Shown: positions 40,129 through 49,271 of the stretch, piece by piece
How positions within the stretch are numbered: the stretch's first letter is position 1
How the letters are laid out: each line of letters opens with the position of its first letter
Source of the DNA: Thermoplasmata archaeon
GTDB taxonomy: Archaea; Thermoplasmatota; E2; DHVEG-1
DNA length: 60,071 nucleotides
Reading direction: 5' to 3'
NCBI GenBank assembly: GCA_030640585.1
Contig: DAOWIZ010000080.1
Coordinates: 1 to 60,071, forward strand
The notes under the pieces: model-generated
Databases searched by the model: none
The model's input: the letters and a program-made list of their open reading frames with translations, nothing else
What the model was told of the DNA's origin: nothing
Position numbers and translations under genes: made by a program

Positions 40129-41273
40129 AACAAAAATCTGATGTTGTAATTGTTGGCGGTGGTGTTAACGGTTGTTCGTTAGCATATAACCTTGCAAAAC
40201 ATGATATAGACGTCATTGTTGTTGAGAAAAAATATCTTAGTTCTGGTGCTACTGGTACTTGTGGTGCAGGGATTCGTCAGCAATGGTCAACTATGGAAAA
40301 TGCACAACTAGCATTCAAAAGTGTTAAAATCTTTGAGAAACTATCCAAAGAGTTGGGTGAGGACATTGAGTTTCGTCAAGGTGGGTATCTAATAGTAGTT
40401 CATGATAAAAAAGATATGAAACAAGCAGAAAAAAACCTTGAAATGCAACGATCTCTGGGGATAAAAGTTGACATACTTAATTCTAAGCAGATAAACGATG
40501 TTGTATCTATTCTTGATGTTAAGGGCATGAATGCCATTGGTGCAACGTTTTGCCCCACTGATGGTCATGCTAACCCATTTAAAACAACTTTTGCATATGC
40601 TAATGCTGCAAGAAGATATGGAGCGGAAATTTATACTCATACAACTGTGTTGGATATAAAACTAAATAAAAACAAAATAATTGATGTTAAAACAGATAAA
40701 GGCATAATTAAGACAAACACAGTGGTTAATGCTGCTGGTGTCTGGTCAAAAGAAGTTTCAAGCATGGTTGGTATCAAACTACCTAATAAGCCTTTTAGAA
40801 AGGAGATAATGGTTACTGAACGAATGAAACCCTCTTTTGAAGCAATGGTCATATCCTTCAAAGATGGAATATATTTTAGTCAACAACAAGAAGGGCAGAT
40901 TGTTGGTGGCATTCCCATTCCTGAGGAAAAAGGTGGTTTTAAGACTCTTCCTACTTTTTCTTTTATTCAACATATGAGCCGCACTCTTACTCGTTATGCA
41001 CCGGTTTTGAAACATGTAAATATGCTTCGTCATTGGACTGGTTTTTATGATGTAACACCTGATAGTCGACCAATACTGGGTGAATCTACAAAGATTAATG
41101 GGTTTATTGAGTGTAATGGCTTCAGTGGCCATGGTTTTATGCTTAGCCCAATGGTTTCAAAAATTCTATGTGACTATATTGCTGAGGGTAAAATATCTGA
41201 GATTCTACAGGATTTAAGTTTAGAGAGATTTAAAGATAAAAAAATAGAACATGAAATGAATGTTGTAGGATAA
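40125..41273 (+). CDS. FAD-dependent oxidoreductase (DAO family; proline dehydrogenase / sarcosine oxidase beta-like)
   Basis: N-terminal DVVIVGGGVNGCSLAYNLA motif, 382 aa, C-terminal GFSGHGFMLSP. Confidence 0.85.
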   Translation: MKQKSDVVIVGGGVNGCSLAYNLAKHDIDVIVVEKKYLSSGATGTCGAGIRQQWSTMENAQLAFKSVKIFEKLSKELGEDIEFRQGGYLIVVHDKKDMKQAEKNLEMQRSLGIKVDILNSKQINDVVSILDVKGMNAIGATFCPTDGHANPFKTTFAYANAARRYGAEIYTHTTVLDIKLNKNKIIDVKTDKGIIKTNTVVNAAGVWSKEVSSMVGIKLPNKPFRKEIMVTERMKPSFEAMVISFKDGIYFSQQQEGQIVGGIPIPEEKGGFKTLPTFSFIQHMSRTLTRYAPVLKHVNMLRHWTGFYDVTPDSRPILGESTKINGFIECNGFSGHGFMLSPMVSKILCDYIAEGKISEILQDLSLERFKDKKIEHEMNVVG

Positions 41274-41370
41274 AAACAATAAAGGAAAACTGTTATTTTT
41301 TAACCCTAAATTTCTTTGTTTTTTACAAAAAAACTGCATTTAAGATCTAATTGTTAATTTGTTAATGTTG

Positions 41371-42063
41371 TTATTTAACACGTTTAACAAATAGAAATTT
41401 TAGATTCCGGAATCCATCATTGAAGCTTTCAAGTTTTTTTTCACCCTCCCGCATATATAACGCTGAAGGGATTTCCTTTGTCTTTATCTTTTTATTTGAA
41501 AACATTTCAATTTTGATTTCTTCAGAAAATGGCATACCATCATTGAAATCATTAAGGGGTTGTATCTTATCAAGGGCTTCTTTTTTAAATATCCACATAC
41601 CTGACTGTGAATCTTTTACATTTATCAAAAATAAAACACGCATTGTTGTAGCAAGTATAAAATTACCAAATGCATGTTTAACTGACATTGAACCATGTTT
41701 AAGTTCTGCGAACCGATCTGTTGATATGAAATCTAGATCCTTATCAATTAACATCTGAACATATTCATGTATACGATCAAATGGATATGTTGCATCACCA
41801 TCACCAGTTACAACAATATCTGTTTTTATCTGTGAAAGAGCGGTTTTATATGCCCTACCGTATCCTTTTCTTTTTTCAAGGATTACCTTTACGCCCTTTT
41901 TTTGTGCTATTTCCCGGGTTTTATCCTTGGAATCCCCATCGATTATTATTATTTCCAGGTTGTAGTTGTTTTTTTTAAAATATTCTTTATTTATTGAGTC
42001 AACTGTTTTTCCTAGTCCCTTTTCTTCGTTTAATGTCGGTAATAGTACTGTTATGTTCGTAAT
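41371..42063 (-). CDS. family 2 glycosyltransferase (dolichyl-phosphate sugar synthase-like). No canonical start codon: ATG-TAA-ATT at 42069-42061, so it may be a pseudogene.
   Basis: The frame is open from 42063. Translation ITNITVLLPTLNEEKGLGKTV...IIIIDGDSKDKT...VVTGDGDATYP...MLIDKDLDF is continuous with the track ORF 41371..41754. The track misses the N-terminal 103 codons because they contain no ATG/GTG/TTG. Confidence 0.6.
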   Translation of the reverse strand: MTNITVLLPTLNEEKGLGKTVDSINKEYFKKNNYNLEIIIIDGDSKDKTREIAQKKGVKVILEKRKGYGRAYKTALSQIKTDIVVTGDGDATYPFDRIHEYVQMLIDKDLDFISTDRFAELKHGSMSVKHAFGNFILATTMRVLFLINVKDSQSGMWIFKKEALDKIQPLNDFNDGMPFSEEIKIEMFSNKKIKTKEIPSALYMREGEKKLESFNDGFRNLKFLFVKRVK

Positions 42064-42178
42064 TTACATCACTCCAGTAAATCAGATATAATAATCTATA
42101 GGTTAAAAAGATTTTTAAAAAAGATTAAAAAAGAAAAAAAGAGTTTAGAAGGGGAAGTTTTCCCCTATTTTTTGTGTT

Positions 42179-45100
42179 TTATTTTCGTCTGCGTCTGAGT
42201 AGTATGAATGCTACTCCAAGTGCTGCTATCAGTGTTAGTAGTTCGAAACCAGGTGCACCAGATACAATAGTTACTGACTCAGGATATGTTGCAACATCAA
42301 ATGTTCCAAATGTTGCTGTTATTGTATATGTACCTGTTTCTGTAAATGTTACTTGACCGTTTACAGTAGTACCTGTCGTAGCAGTACCTTCGGTTGGAGT
42401 GAATGTTACTGTTGCCCCGGTAATCAAAGCACCTGTATCTTCATTGGACACCGTTACAGTTACAGGAGACACAAATTTATCATCTTTATCTTTGTTTTCG
42501 CTGGTTACAGTTATTGTTAGTCCAGGCGTGTTAATTACACGTATTGACACTGTGTTCGGCTCTGGAGCATATCCTATCTTTGATGCAGTTATTGTCAAGT
42601 CACGGTCACTTGTAACCTGTGGAGCTGTAAATGTTGCTTGTCCGTTTGCATCTGTCTGCAATGTTTCTCCGTTAAATAGTACATCTGCACCTATGGCAGG
42701 TTCAGTGGTTCCTTCTTTCATGGCTGTAACTGTAAAGGTTCCGCCTTCTTCCACTGTTGTCACATCTATACTAAGGTCTAGCACCCAAGATGTAACTTTG
42801 ACTACTGTACCAACTAGCGTTTTACCACTTTCACCTACATCTATGCTAATGTTACCAGTTGTTGCTGGTGAAATAGAGAACGATACTCTACCATCTACAT
42901 CTGAAGTACCGTTTCTGTCAAATCCGCAACCATGTAGACGTACAAATACATCTGTTAGTGTTGTACCACGTCCTGTCACAGTCGTATATACCTTTGTTGT
43001 TCGTCCAAGTGGTATATAACATATACCATCAGATGCCTGTGGAGTAGGCGCAACGGATGGTATTTCCACCTTAATACGATCTTTACATTTTGCCCATTGA
43101 CCATCACTACCATCTGCTTGCAGTGGTTTAAACCATAATGTAAGGTATTGTGTTGCATTAGCACCCAGTTCACAAGCTGTTATTTGATCTACCTTTACAA
43201 CACCATTTACAATATTATCGCTGCTGATTTCAATCGACGTACTTCCAGTATCAGAACCATAAGTCACGCTACTAAAGTTACAGTACACCCAAGTCTTGTT
43301 GAATGTCCCTGCATCAGTCATATTGTCTATCCTTAGCGCACCGTTTGTAGGTTCACCATCATATGTCATAGTAAATATTGCGCTTATGTTGTTGTCTTCT
43401 CCTTTCCAGATCAACGGTGCTTTGTCACATGTAGCCTCTACTGGTTTTATCACAAGAGTTGCATTATATCCGTTACTGTTATGTGTATAGTTATAAGCAT
43501 GTACTGTATATGTACCTGCTTCAATACCCCAAACAGTATCAAACTCAAGTGAGTAAGTGACAGGCACGTGACTGTGTCCAGTCAGATAGGTATCATAAAT
43601 GTTGTTAAGTAAGTTATTTGATTCACTTGTACCTGTTACATCATCACCATTTGAGTCTATCAGTTCTATAACAAACTTATCTCTTTCTGCAGCAAGAATG
43701 TTTGGAACGTCTGTAGAGTTACCAGCAAATGTAGTATTGATGTAAAAGTTATCATACTCATATCCTGCCATAAGTGTCTCATGAGATATCTCTACTTCAA
43801 GATCACTTACTGGCTCCATCTCAACAAGTGCATAACCATCACGGTGACCTGCACCATCCACGAACACGGTCAAATTTCTTGGAGCCCTGATATTGGAAAA
43901 AAGAACTGTTGTTTGATTTGTTGTTTGCTGTGTCCTATTAAATAGTATTGAACATGTTGAACCAGATGCATCAATTTTGTCAACCCATGCATTTGTAACC
44001 TCATCATCCATTGGGTCACATGGACTTCTACTTGATACAACTGTTGATGTGTAATCATCGACATAGAAGAGGTATACTGTAGTTCCCCTCATATCCGAGC
44101 CGTCATCTGCATATTTAGCGGTTACAGTTAACGTCTGGTCCTGTTGGTCAATGTCAAACTTATTTGGGCTTACTGTCACTACGGTACCATTTTGGTCATA
44201 GTTAGCTCCTCCAATGGAGATTGTTTTTGTTATAGTAGTGTTATATGCAGTTATTTTAATGGTTATCGTTCCACCGCCACTGCTCATCGTTGGTATAATT
44301 GGAATACTCCATACACCAGTTGCTGCACCATTGAAACCACATTTAGCTGTATCTAGGCCATAACCAGGGAAACTACTTAGTTTACCAGTAAATAATGAAT
44401 CACCAGAAATGGTAATATTCTCTGCACAATCTCTAATCTTTGAACATTTACCACTATGATATCCTGCAGTTGTATCACCAAAGTAATTACCACCCTTATC
44501 ATATAGATAAAATTCTACATCTAGTGGCACACTGGCTACAGGTGGAACATATGGTATTACTCCATCGTTGTTACTCTTTTCATATCCCCAGAGCTCGGTA
44601 CCAACTGTTCCATCATCATCTATCCATTTAAATTGGAGAGACGGGGCCTTCTTAACTTTGAATTTAACAGTGGTATTATATTCTTCAGTATAGGCTTTAT
44701 GCTCACCATTTGCAATTCTATCTCCATTATAGTCTACATATATTTTAACTTTCCATGTACCATTAACACCTAAAGCATTTGTAGTTGCTAAATCGGCACT
44801 GTTGTTTCTACCCCACCTTGTCATATTAATATGTATGTATCCGTCCCTGTACTTGTCCTTATATACAACGATACAACCAGCGGCATCATCAGCACCTATA
44901 ACATCTTGTGTCCCACTAACACCTGTTCCTTTAGCAAAATCAGTGATATTAACGCCAGCAGTATTTATTACCGAGACCTTGACATCAGATGCGTCAAAAG
45001 CTGGTCCGCCACTTCTCTTAAGTAGAGTTATATTTAATTCGCCAGTGAAACCATAGTACATAGTGTAATTACCAGTTGGTAAATTAGTATATGGCGTTGC

Positions 45101-46564
45101 AGTTGTTACTTGTATTGGTTGAACAGTTACATTATATTCAGGTGGATCCCATGGACCACAAGTACTCCAGTTATATCTTGTTGCAGTTGCTAACCATGTG
45201 GCAGATTGATTCCCATCTGCCTCAGCACCATATGTTGTGTTATAATGTGTATAACCAAGTGTACTACTTTCCATATTAGTCTCTTGGTAATATTGTACAC
45301 CAATATACTCATCTACAGTACTAAAGTCTGATATATCTCTAGCCCTGTCAGCATCATAGTAACCATAGGCTGTATAGTTTCCTACACTCAAAAATCCAAA
45401 TTCTCCAGGCCAATATCCGCCATCATAGCTGTTATTTCTATAAAACTTCTCACAAGTCCAAGAAGCATCGCATACCTGATTTTTGCTGTTAATTGACGTT
45501 CCATTACCATCATGCCTTATATCAACAACTGGTTTTTTAGGGGCAGTATAACTAACTGTAGTACCATCTGCTTCTGTTATTGACATTGACAGAAGGGATT
45601 TACTTGCGTTATAAACAAATGTATCTGGGAGGTTATTCATCTTATAGGTTGTAGATGTATTAACCCAGAGCCAAGCTGCAACAGTTGAATTATATGTCTC
45701 GATGGTTCTAAAGTTAGCATCAGACCACTTTACATTACCGTCATCTATAACCCATAGGCCTGCAGAGTCAAATGTTACATCATCAAACTCAGCACTAGCA
45801 AACGAAGTTGAAGTGTCGAATTGTTGTCCAGATACTCTCCTCCATACTAAGTTATAAGCTGAGTCAGCTAAGCTATCTGAACCGTTATAAATCGGTTGGT
45901 ATAAATAGTATGTAGCAGTTTTGCCATTCCAAGGTATATTTGCATTAAGATTTATATCATAAGTACTCCCAACCTCAAAATTAGTACTAGTGCTTGATAA
46001 AACTTGTCCACTATTTCTTGCAACCGCAAAGTTACCGCCTTGCCATTTATTAACACCAGGTGTTCCTGTTAAGGTGTTTCGAACAACAATATGGTAACTA
46101 GTTCCGTTTACAAATTGTACTACGCCAGCAACCGTAGTAGATCCTGTAATATTAACCCAGTAATCGCCATCTGATAATCTCGTTGTATCATAATCCCAAT
46201 GAGATTCGTTACCTGAATTTTCAGAAAGATTTCCACCATATGGAGTTCTGCTCTGGTCACCCCAACCAATACCTACGTCAGTACCTAGTATAGTACAGTT
46301 ATATGTTATTGGATTAAGGCCACCATTACAATCTACATCACTAGTCCATCCAAACCGGACCCAGCCATTTATATATAAACCATTCAGGTTCGCATAACTC
46401 GTTGTATTTCCAGAGGTTTGATTAATCCATCCGCTAGTTATACTTCCACTCATACCATCTCCAGCAGTTGCACCTATATTTACTATTCCAAAAACAAATA
46501 TTGCTGATGCTACCATTAGCATAGCAACTAAAATTCCACCTATTTTTCTATAATTTCCTTTCAT
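42179..46564 (-). CDS. giant surface (S-layer-like) glycoprotein candidate with signal peptide and PGF-CTERM anchor signal
   Basis: N-terminus MKGNYRKIGGILVAMLMVASAIFVFG. C-terminus ..GAPGFELLTLIAALGVAFILLRRRRK. Very many N-x-S/T sequons. Ig/CarboxypepD-like repeats near the C-terminus. Strong SD (AGGAGGAAAGGAG). Confidence 0.85.
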   Translation of the reverse strand: MKGNYRKIGGILVAMLMVASAIFVFGIVNIGATAGDGMSGSITSGWINQTSGNTTSYANLNGLYINGWVRFGWTSDVDCNGGLNPITYNCTILGTDVGIGWGDQSRTPYGGNLSENSGNESHWDYDTTRLSDGDYWVNITGSTTVAGVVQFVNGTSYHIVVRNTLTGTPGVNKWQGGNFAVARNSGQVLSSTSTNFEVGSTYDINLNANIPWNGKTATYYLYQPIYNGSDSLADSAYNLVWRRVSGQQFDTSTSFASAEFDDVTFDSAGLWVIDDGNVKWSDANFRTIETYNSTVAAWLWVNTSTTYKMNNLPDTFVYNASKSLLSMSITEADGTTVSYTAPKKPVVDIRHDGNGTSINSKNQVCDASWTCEKFYRNNSYDGGYWPGEFGFLSVGNYTAYGYYDADRARDISDFSTVDEYIGVQYYQETNMESSTLGYTHYNTTYGAEADGNQSATWLATATRYNWSTCGPWDPPEYNVTVQPIQVTTATPYTNLPTGNYTMYYGFTGELNITLLKRSGGPAFDASDVKVSVINTAGVNITDFAKGTGVSGTQDVIGADDAAGCIVVYKDKYRDGYIHINMTRWGRNNSADLATTNALGVNGTWKVKIYVDYNGDRIANGEHKAYTEEYNTTVKFKVKKAPSLQFKWIDDDGTVGTELWGYEKSNNDGVIPYVPPVASVPLDVEFYLYDKGGNYFGDTTAGYHSGKCSKIRDCAENITISGDSLFTGKLSSFPGYGLDTAKCGFNGAATGVWSIPIIPTMSSGGGTITIKITAYNTTITKTISIGGANYDQNGTVVTVSPNKFDIDQQDQTLTVTAKYADDGSDMRGTTVYLFYVDDYTSTVVSSRSPCDPMDDEVTNAWVDKIDASGSTCSILFNRTQQTTNQTTVLFSNIRAPRNLTVFVDGAGHRDGYALVEMEPVSDLEVEISHETLMAGYEYDNFYINTTFAGNSTDVPNILAAERDKFVIELIDSNGDDVTGTSESNNLLNNIYDTYLTGHSHVPVTYSLEFDTVWGIEAGTYTVHAYNYTHNSNGYNATLVIKPVEATCDKAPLIWKGEDNNISAIFTMTYDGEPTNGALRIDNMTDAGTFNKTWVYCNFSSVTYGSDTGSTSIEISSDNIVNGVVKVDQITACELGANATQYLTLWFKPLQADGSDGQWAKCKDRIKVEIPSVAPTPQASDGICYIPLGRTTKVYTTVTGRGTTLTDVFVRLHGCGFDRNGTSDVDGRVSFSISPATTGNISIDVGESGKTLVGTVVKVTSWVLDLSIDVTTVEEGGTFTVTAMKEGTTEPAIGADVLFNGETLQTDANGQATFTAPQVTSDRDLTITASKIGYAPEPNTVSIRVINTPGLTITVTSENKDKDDKFVSPVTVTVSNEDTGALITGATVTFTPTEGTATTGTTVNGQVTFTETGTYTITATFGTFDVATYPESVTIVSGAPGFELLTLIAALGVAFILLRRRRK

Positions 46565-46760
46565 CTCTCCTTTCCTCCTAAGTTTTTTCCTAAATCTATT
46601 TTGTACTTCCTACCTCTATAGCCCAGTCAGAACAGCATCAACTCACACCGTGAGTTAACCCTTAAAAGTCCATAATCATATCTAGTAATCATATGAACTT
46701 CTATCTCTACGTCCTCACCGGACCTCCAATTCCACGTAAATAACTATCTTCTTTATAAAA
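46565..46760 (-). promoter_or_regulatory. long 5' leader and putative promoter of the S-layer-like gene
   Basis: TTTATAAA element at 46751-46758, about 190 nt upstream of the ATG. Perfect 7-bp hairpin AACTCAC-nnn-GTGAGTT at 46640-46656. Not experimentally anchored. Confidence 0.3.
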
Positions 46761-46894
46761 GTTGCGTTTTTCATTATATTTACAAAAGGATGCACATATC
46801 TAGTCACCTGGTAAATCACCTGCACAATAATCAGGTATTTTTGAAGAAAAATGTTAATTATGACAAAAAAATAATAAAAAAGAGTTGTAAAAAT

Positions 46895-47217
46895 TTACCT
46901 ATCCGGTGGAGTGTTAACTTCGTCAACTATTTTCATACCAGCAGCAACACCATCAATGGAATGAATAACAGCACCACACTCCGAAATAGCCTTGTTACCC
47001 CTTTATAACCTATAACTAGCACTTCCTATATTACTTTTGTACTATCTGTATCTTTACCTACGGTCTCTAATGATATATTTGCACCTGAAATCCCTTTTAA
47101 ACCGCCTATTACTTCTGCTATTTCTATAATAGAAGGTGCATGAGGTTTTAATACATCAAGAATTATTCGTTTTATGCTAGTCAAATGAGTCAATTCATTG
47201 GCCAAATGAAAAGCCAT
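46895..47217 (-). pseudogene. DUF211-like gene disrupted by an in-frame TAG (47026-47028) and a frameshift in a G4 run (~46998-47001)
   Basis: The N-terminal part is IKRIILDVLKPHAPSIIEIAEVIGGLKGISGANISLETV. The C-terminal part NKAISECGAVIHSIDGVAAGMKIVDEV is readable only in another frame. Confidence 0.6.
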
Positions 47218-47231
47218 ATTAACAAAAGTTA

Positions 47232-47456
47232 TTATTTTTGAGTCGTTTTTCTAAACTCTTCTAGTTTTCCATCCAGATCAGCATTTACCAACCCAAGATA
47301 ACTTCTTAACTTTTGTTCAGAATTTGTTTTATATAATATTCTAACTTTATCTAGCTTTATAACCTTGTTACATCTAATACATTTTGTAGTTTTAAACGAA
47401 AGATCTACACCTTTTGCCTTTTTACATTTTGTACAGACAATAACACCATATTTCAT
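47232..47456 (-). CDS. small zinc-ribbon protein (DUF1922-like)
   Basis: MKYGVIVCTKCKKAKGV...KCIRCNK has a CxxC..CxxC motif. The track ORF start at 47519 runs into the IS end, so ATG 47456 is preferred. Confidence 0.6.
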   Translation of the reverse strand: MKYGVIVCTKCKKAKGVDLSFKTTKCIRCNKVIKLDKVRILYKTNSEQKLRSYLGLVNADLDGKLEEFRKTTQK

Positions 47457-47521
47457 AAATAAACAAAGGTAAAAGAACCTTAACAAGTGAACTACCACCA
47501 GCGAATCAGGTGATTTCAAGG

Positions 47522-48730
47522 CTAACTCCTCCTCAGGTGTGCCACAAGATCAGGATGATCTGGTGCGGTGACACATTCAGATTCAATATTACCTTGTCTA
47601 GGGTTGGATTCACTGCAACCCAGATCTTTCAACATATAGCTGAAAAATCTTCTTGTTATATTAACTGCACCGAGCCAATCCGCATTGTACTCTTTCTTAC
47701 AAGTTTCACAAACTACTCTGGCTGAAGGACTCCTTCTAACTTTACCAAAACAGTTCTTGCAAGTTGAGGATGTACCTCGAGGATGGACTCGCCTCACAGC
47801 AATAGAATTGTCATGAGCCTTATATACTATCATTTTCTCAAATTCTCTAAAAGCCCAACTATGGGCTTTTTTATTCATCTCCTTACTCCAATGAATTTTA
47901 TTTCTAATACCTTTCAGATTCTCAAGTACTATAACAGTGTTAGGATATTTTTTAGCAATATTGATTATCTCCGAACTAATTTTATGACTCATATCTTTTA
48001 TATAGTTGCGTTCTTTACCTTTGTTTTTACGCATCATCATCCATAATCTTTTCTCATCTAGGTGCCTTCTCAACTTTGAATATCTTCTTCGTTTTTCTAA
48101 AACCTGCATACCTGAAAAAAACCGTGATTCAAATATGTTCCCATTTCTATTTTGCACTACAATCGTAGCAATATTGTTAATTCCTCTATCAACTCCTACA
48201 AAGTACTCAAACTTTTTTTTAGATGGTATTGTTCTATTATTTTCAAATATCACATACAGGTAAAATCCCTTCTCGTTGTATTTTAGTTGTACTGCTTTAA
48301 ATCTGTTGTTCTTCAGATCGTCAATATATTCCTCACAGGATGTAATCGGAACTTTTACTTTACCCTATATTGTTGATATATTAGCCCACATTTTAAAATG
48401 GTTAGCAGCTTCTTTGAAAGATATACTTCGATGATCTAACCTCACTAGCATAAAACCACTGAAATGCGGAAAATGAGGATTACTCTTATTATTTGTATAA
48501 CTTTTGTATCGTTCTTTTGCAATATCTCTAGCAGTCTGAATTAACGCTGTAGGTAGATCATAATGTTGTTTTGCCATATAGTATATCTCTGTTAAATTAG
48601 TACCTTTTGCCATTTCATGCAGGTAAAAGTTTACACATTTACGATATTGTCTCATGGTAGCATTGAGAGTAAACAATTTATTTTTGTTTGCAAATATTAT
48701 CTTAAATTGACGTGTTATGCTGATATTCAT
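47522..48730 (-). pseudogene. tnpB: tnpB-like gene interrupted by a single in-frame TAG (48365-48367)
   Basis: Track ORFs 48365..48730 and 47522..48253 are in the same frame. The 37 codons between them are open (GKVKVPITSCEEYIDDLKNNRFKAVQLKYNEKGFYLYV). Motifs GVDRGINN, VLENL, CKNCFG...CETCKKEYNADWLGAVNI. Confidence 0.8.
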
Positions 48731-48749
48731 TTTTATCTAACAACCCTCC

Positions 48750-48793
48750 AGTAATATCACAGTAATATCACAGTAATATCACAGTAATATCAA
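48750..48793. repeat. perfect tandem repeat, 11 nt x 4 (CAGTAATATCA)
   Basis: Read directly from the sequence. Lies 20 nt upstream of the tnpB-like start codon. Confidence 0.9.
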
Positions 48794-49140
48794 TTACATT
48801 TTTATTTAGAATGTCTTTATTATACATTTATAGAATATTATGTATAACTGTATTCAAGGTTACTGAAAGTATTCAATGGCTTTGTCTCAAAAGTATTCGA
48901 TGATTTGCATTTTTAAAGCCATTTTCCAGATAAACAATAATTAAAAAATTATTATTTATTTCAAAAATAATCAAAATTTGAGTAAATTTTTGAGTTTTAA
49001 GACAAAGTCGTATTCAATGGCCGTAATGCACCAGATACTTCAATTTATCTACGATTTAAAAAAGAGGCTCCTAGATAGTATTCTTGAAATCGGTCAATTA
49101 TAAATATATCTATCCTTATTGCCCCTTTGCATTATGGTTT

Positions 49141-49229
49141 CCCGCCTTAGCTCAGTCTGGCTGGAGCGGCCGGCTGTAGACCCTATGGCCGTTACCGGCA
49201 GGTCCCCGGTTCAAATCCGGGAGGCGGGA
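49141..49229 (+). tRNA. tRNA-Tyr (GUA) with a ~14-nt intron at the canonical 37/38 position
   Basis: Acceptor CCCGCCU/AGGCGGG (C1-G72, the archaeal Tyr identity pair). Anticodon stem GCCGG/CCGGC, loop CUGUAG + A interrupted by 49180-49193. T arm CCCGG-UUCAAAU-CCGGG. Confidence 0.9.
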
Positions 49230-49271
49230 CTATTTTATATAACAGAATTAGGTTTTTGTTTGGTTGACTAT

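Larger units (their letters stand above)
47487..49100 (-). mobile_element. second TnpB-only IS200/IS605-like element (divergent subfamily); boundaries approximate
   Basis: The right end finishes ..GCTGGTGGTAGTTCAC, the same terminus as the 24.4-kb copy. Left-end-like hairpin ttatctacg...cctagatag plus attcttgaaatcgg at ~49046-49095. Abuts tRNA-Tyr. Confidence 0.5.

Noticed and set aside
42399-45279. Several plus-strand ORFs (up to 206 aa) inside the 42-46.5 kb region.
   Set aside because: All are antisense to the 1461-aa surface-protein gene. They have T/S/V-rich low-information composition mirroring that gene, and no start signals.
46790-47008. 72-aa plus-strand ORF.
   Set aside because: It overlaps, in antisense, the recognisable C-terminal coding remnant of the DUF211-like pseudogene.
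47026-48367. Two in-frame TAG codons within 1.4 kb (DUF211-like gene and tnpB-like gene), considered as possible pyrrolysine or stop-codon reassignment.
   Set aside because: TAG clearly terminates well-conserved genes in this same window at their expected C-termini (fhs 802-804, lipA 20981-20983, L30e 37411-37413, trm5, NUDIX). TAG is therefore an ordinary stop here, and nonsense mutation is the simpler explanation.
48750-48793. Short perfect direct repeats, considered as a possible CRISPR array.
   Set aside because: The units are 11 nt and directly tandem with no spacers. No cas genes or leader are present.
49119-49271. N-terminal 51 codons of the track ORF 49119..50330.
   Set aside because: This part is the translated tRNA-Tyr gene (SRLSSVWLERPAV...). 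The methyltransferase homology begins at ATG 49272.
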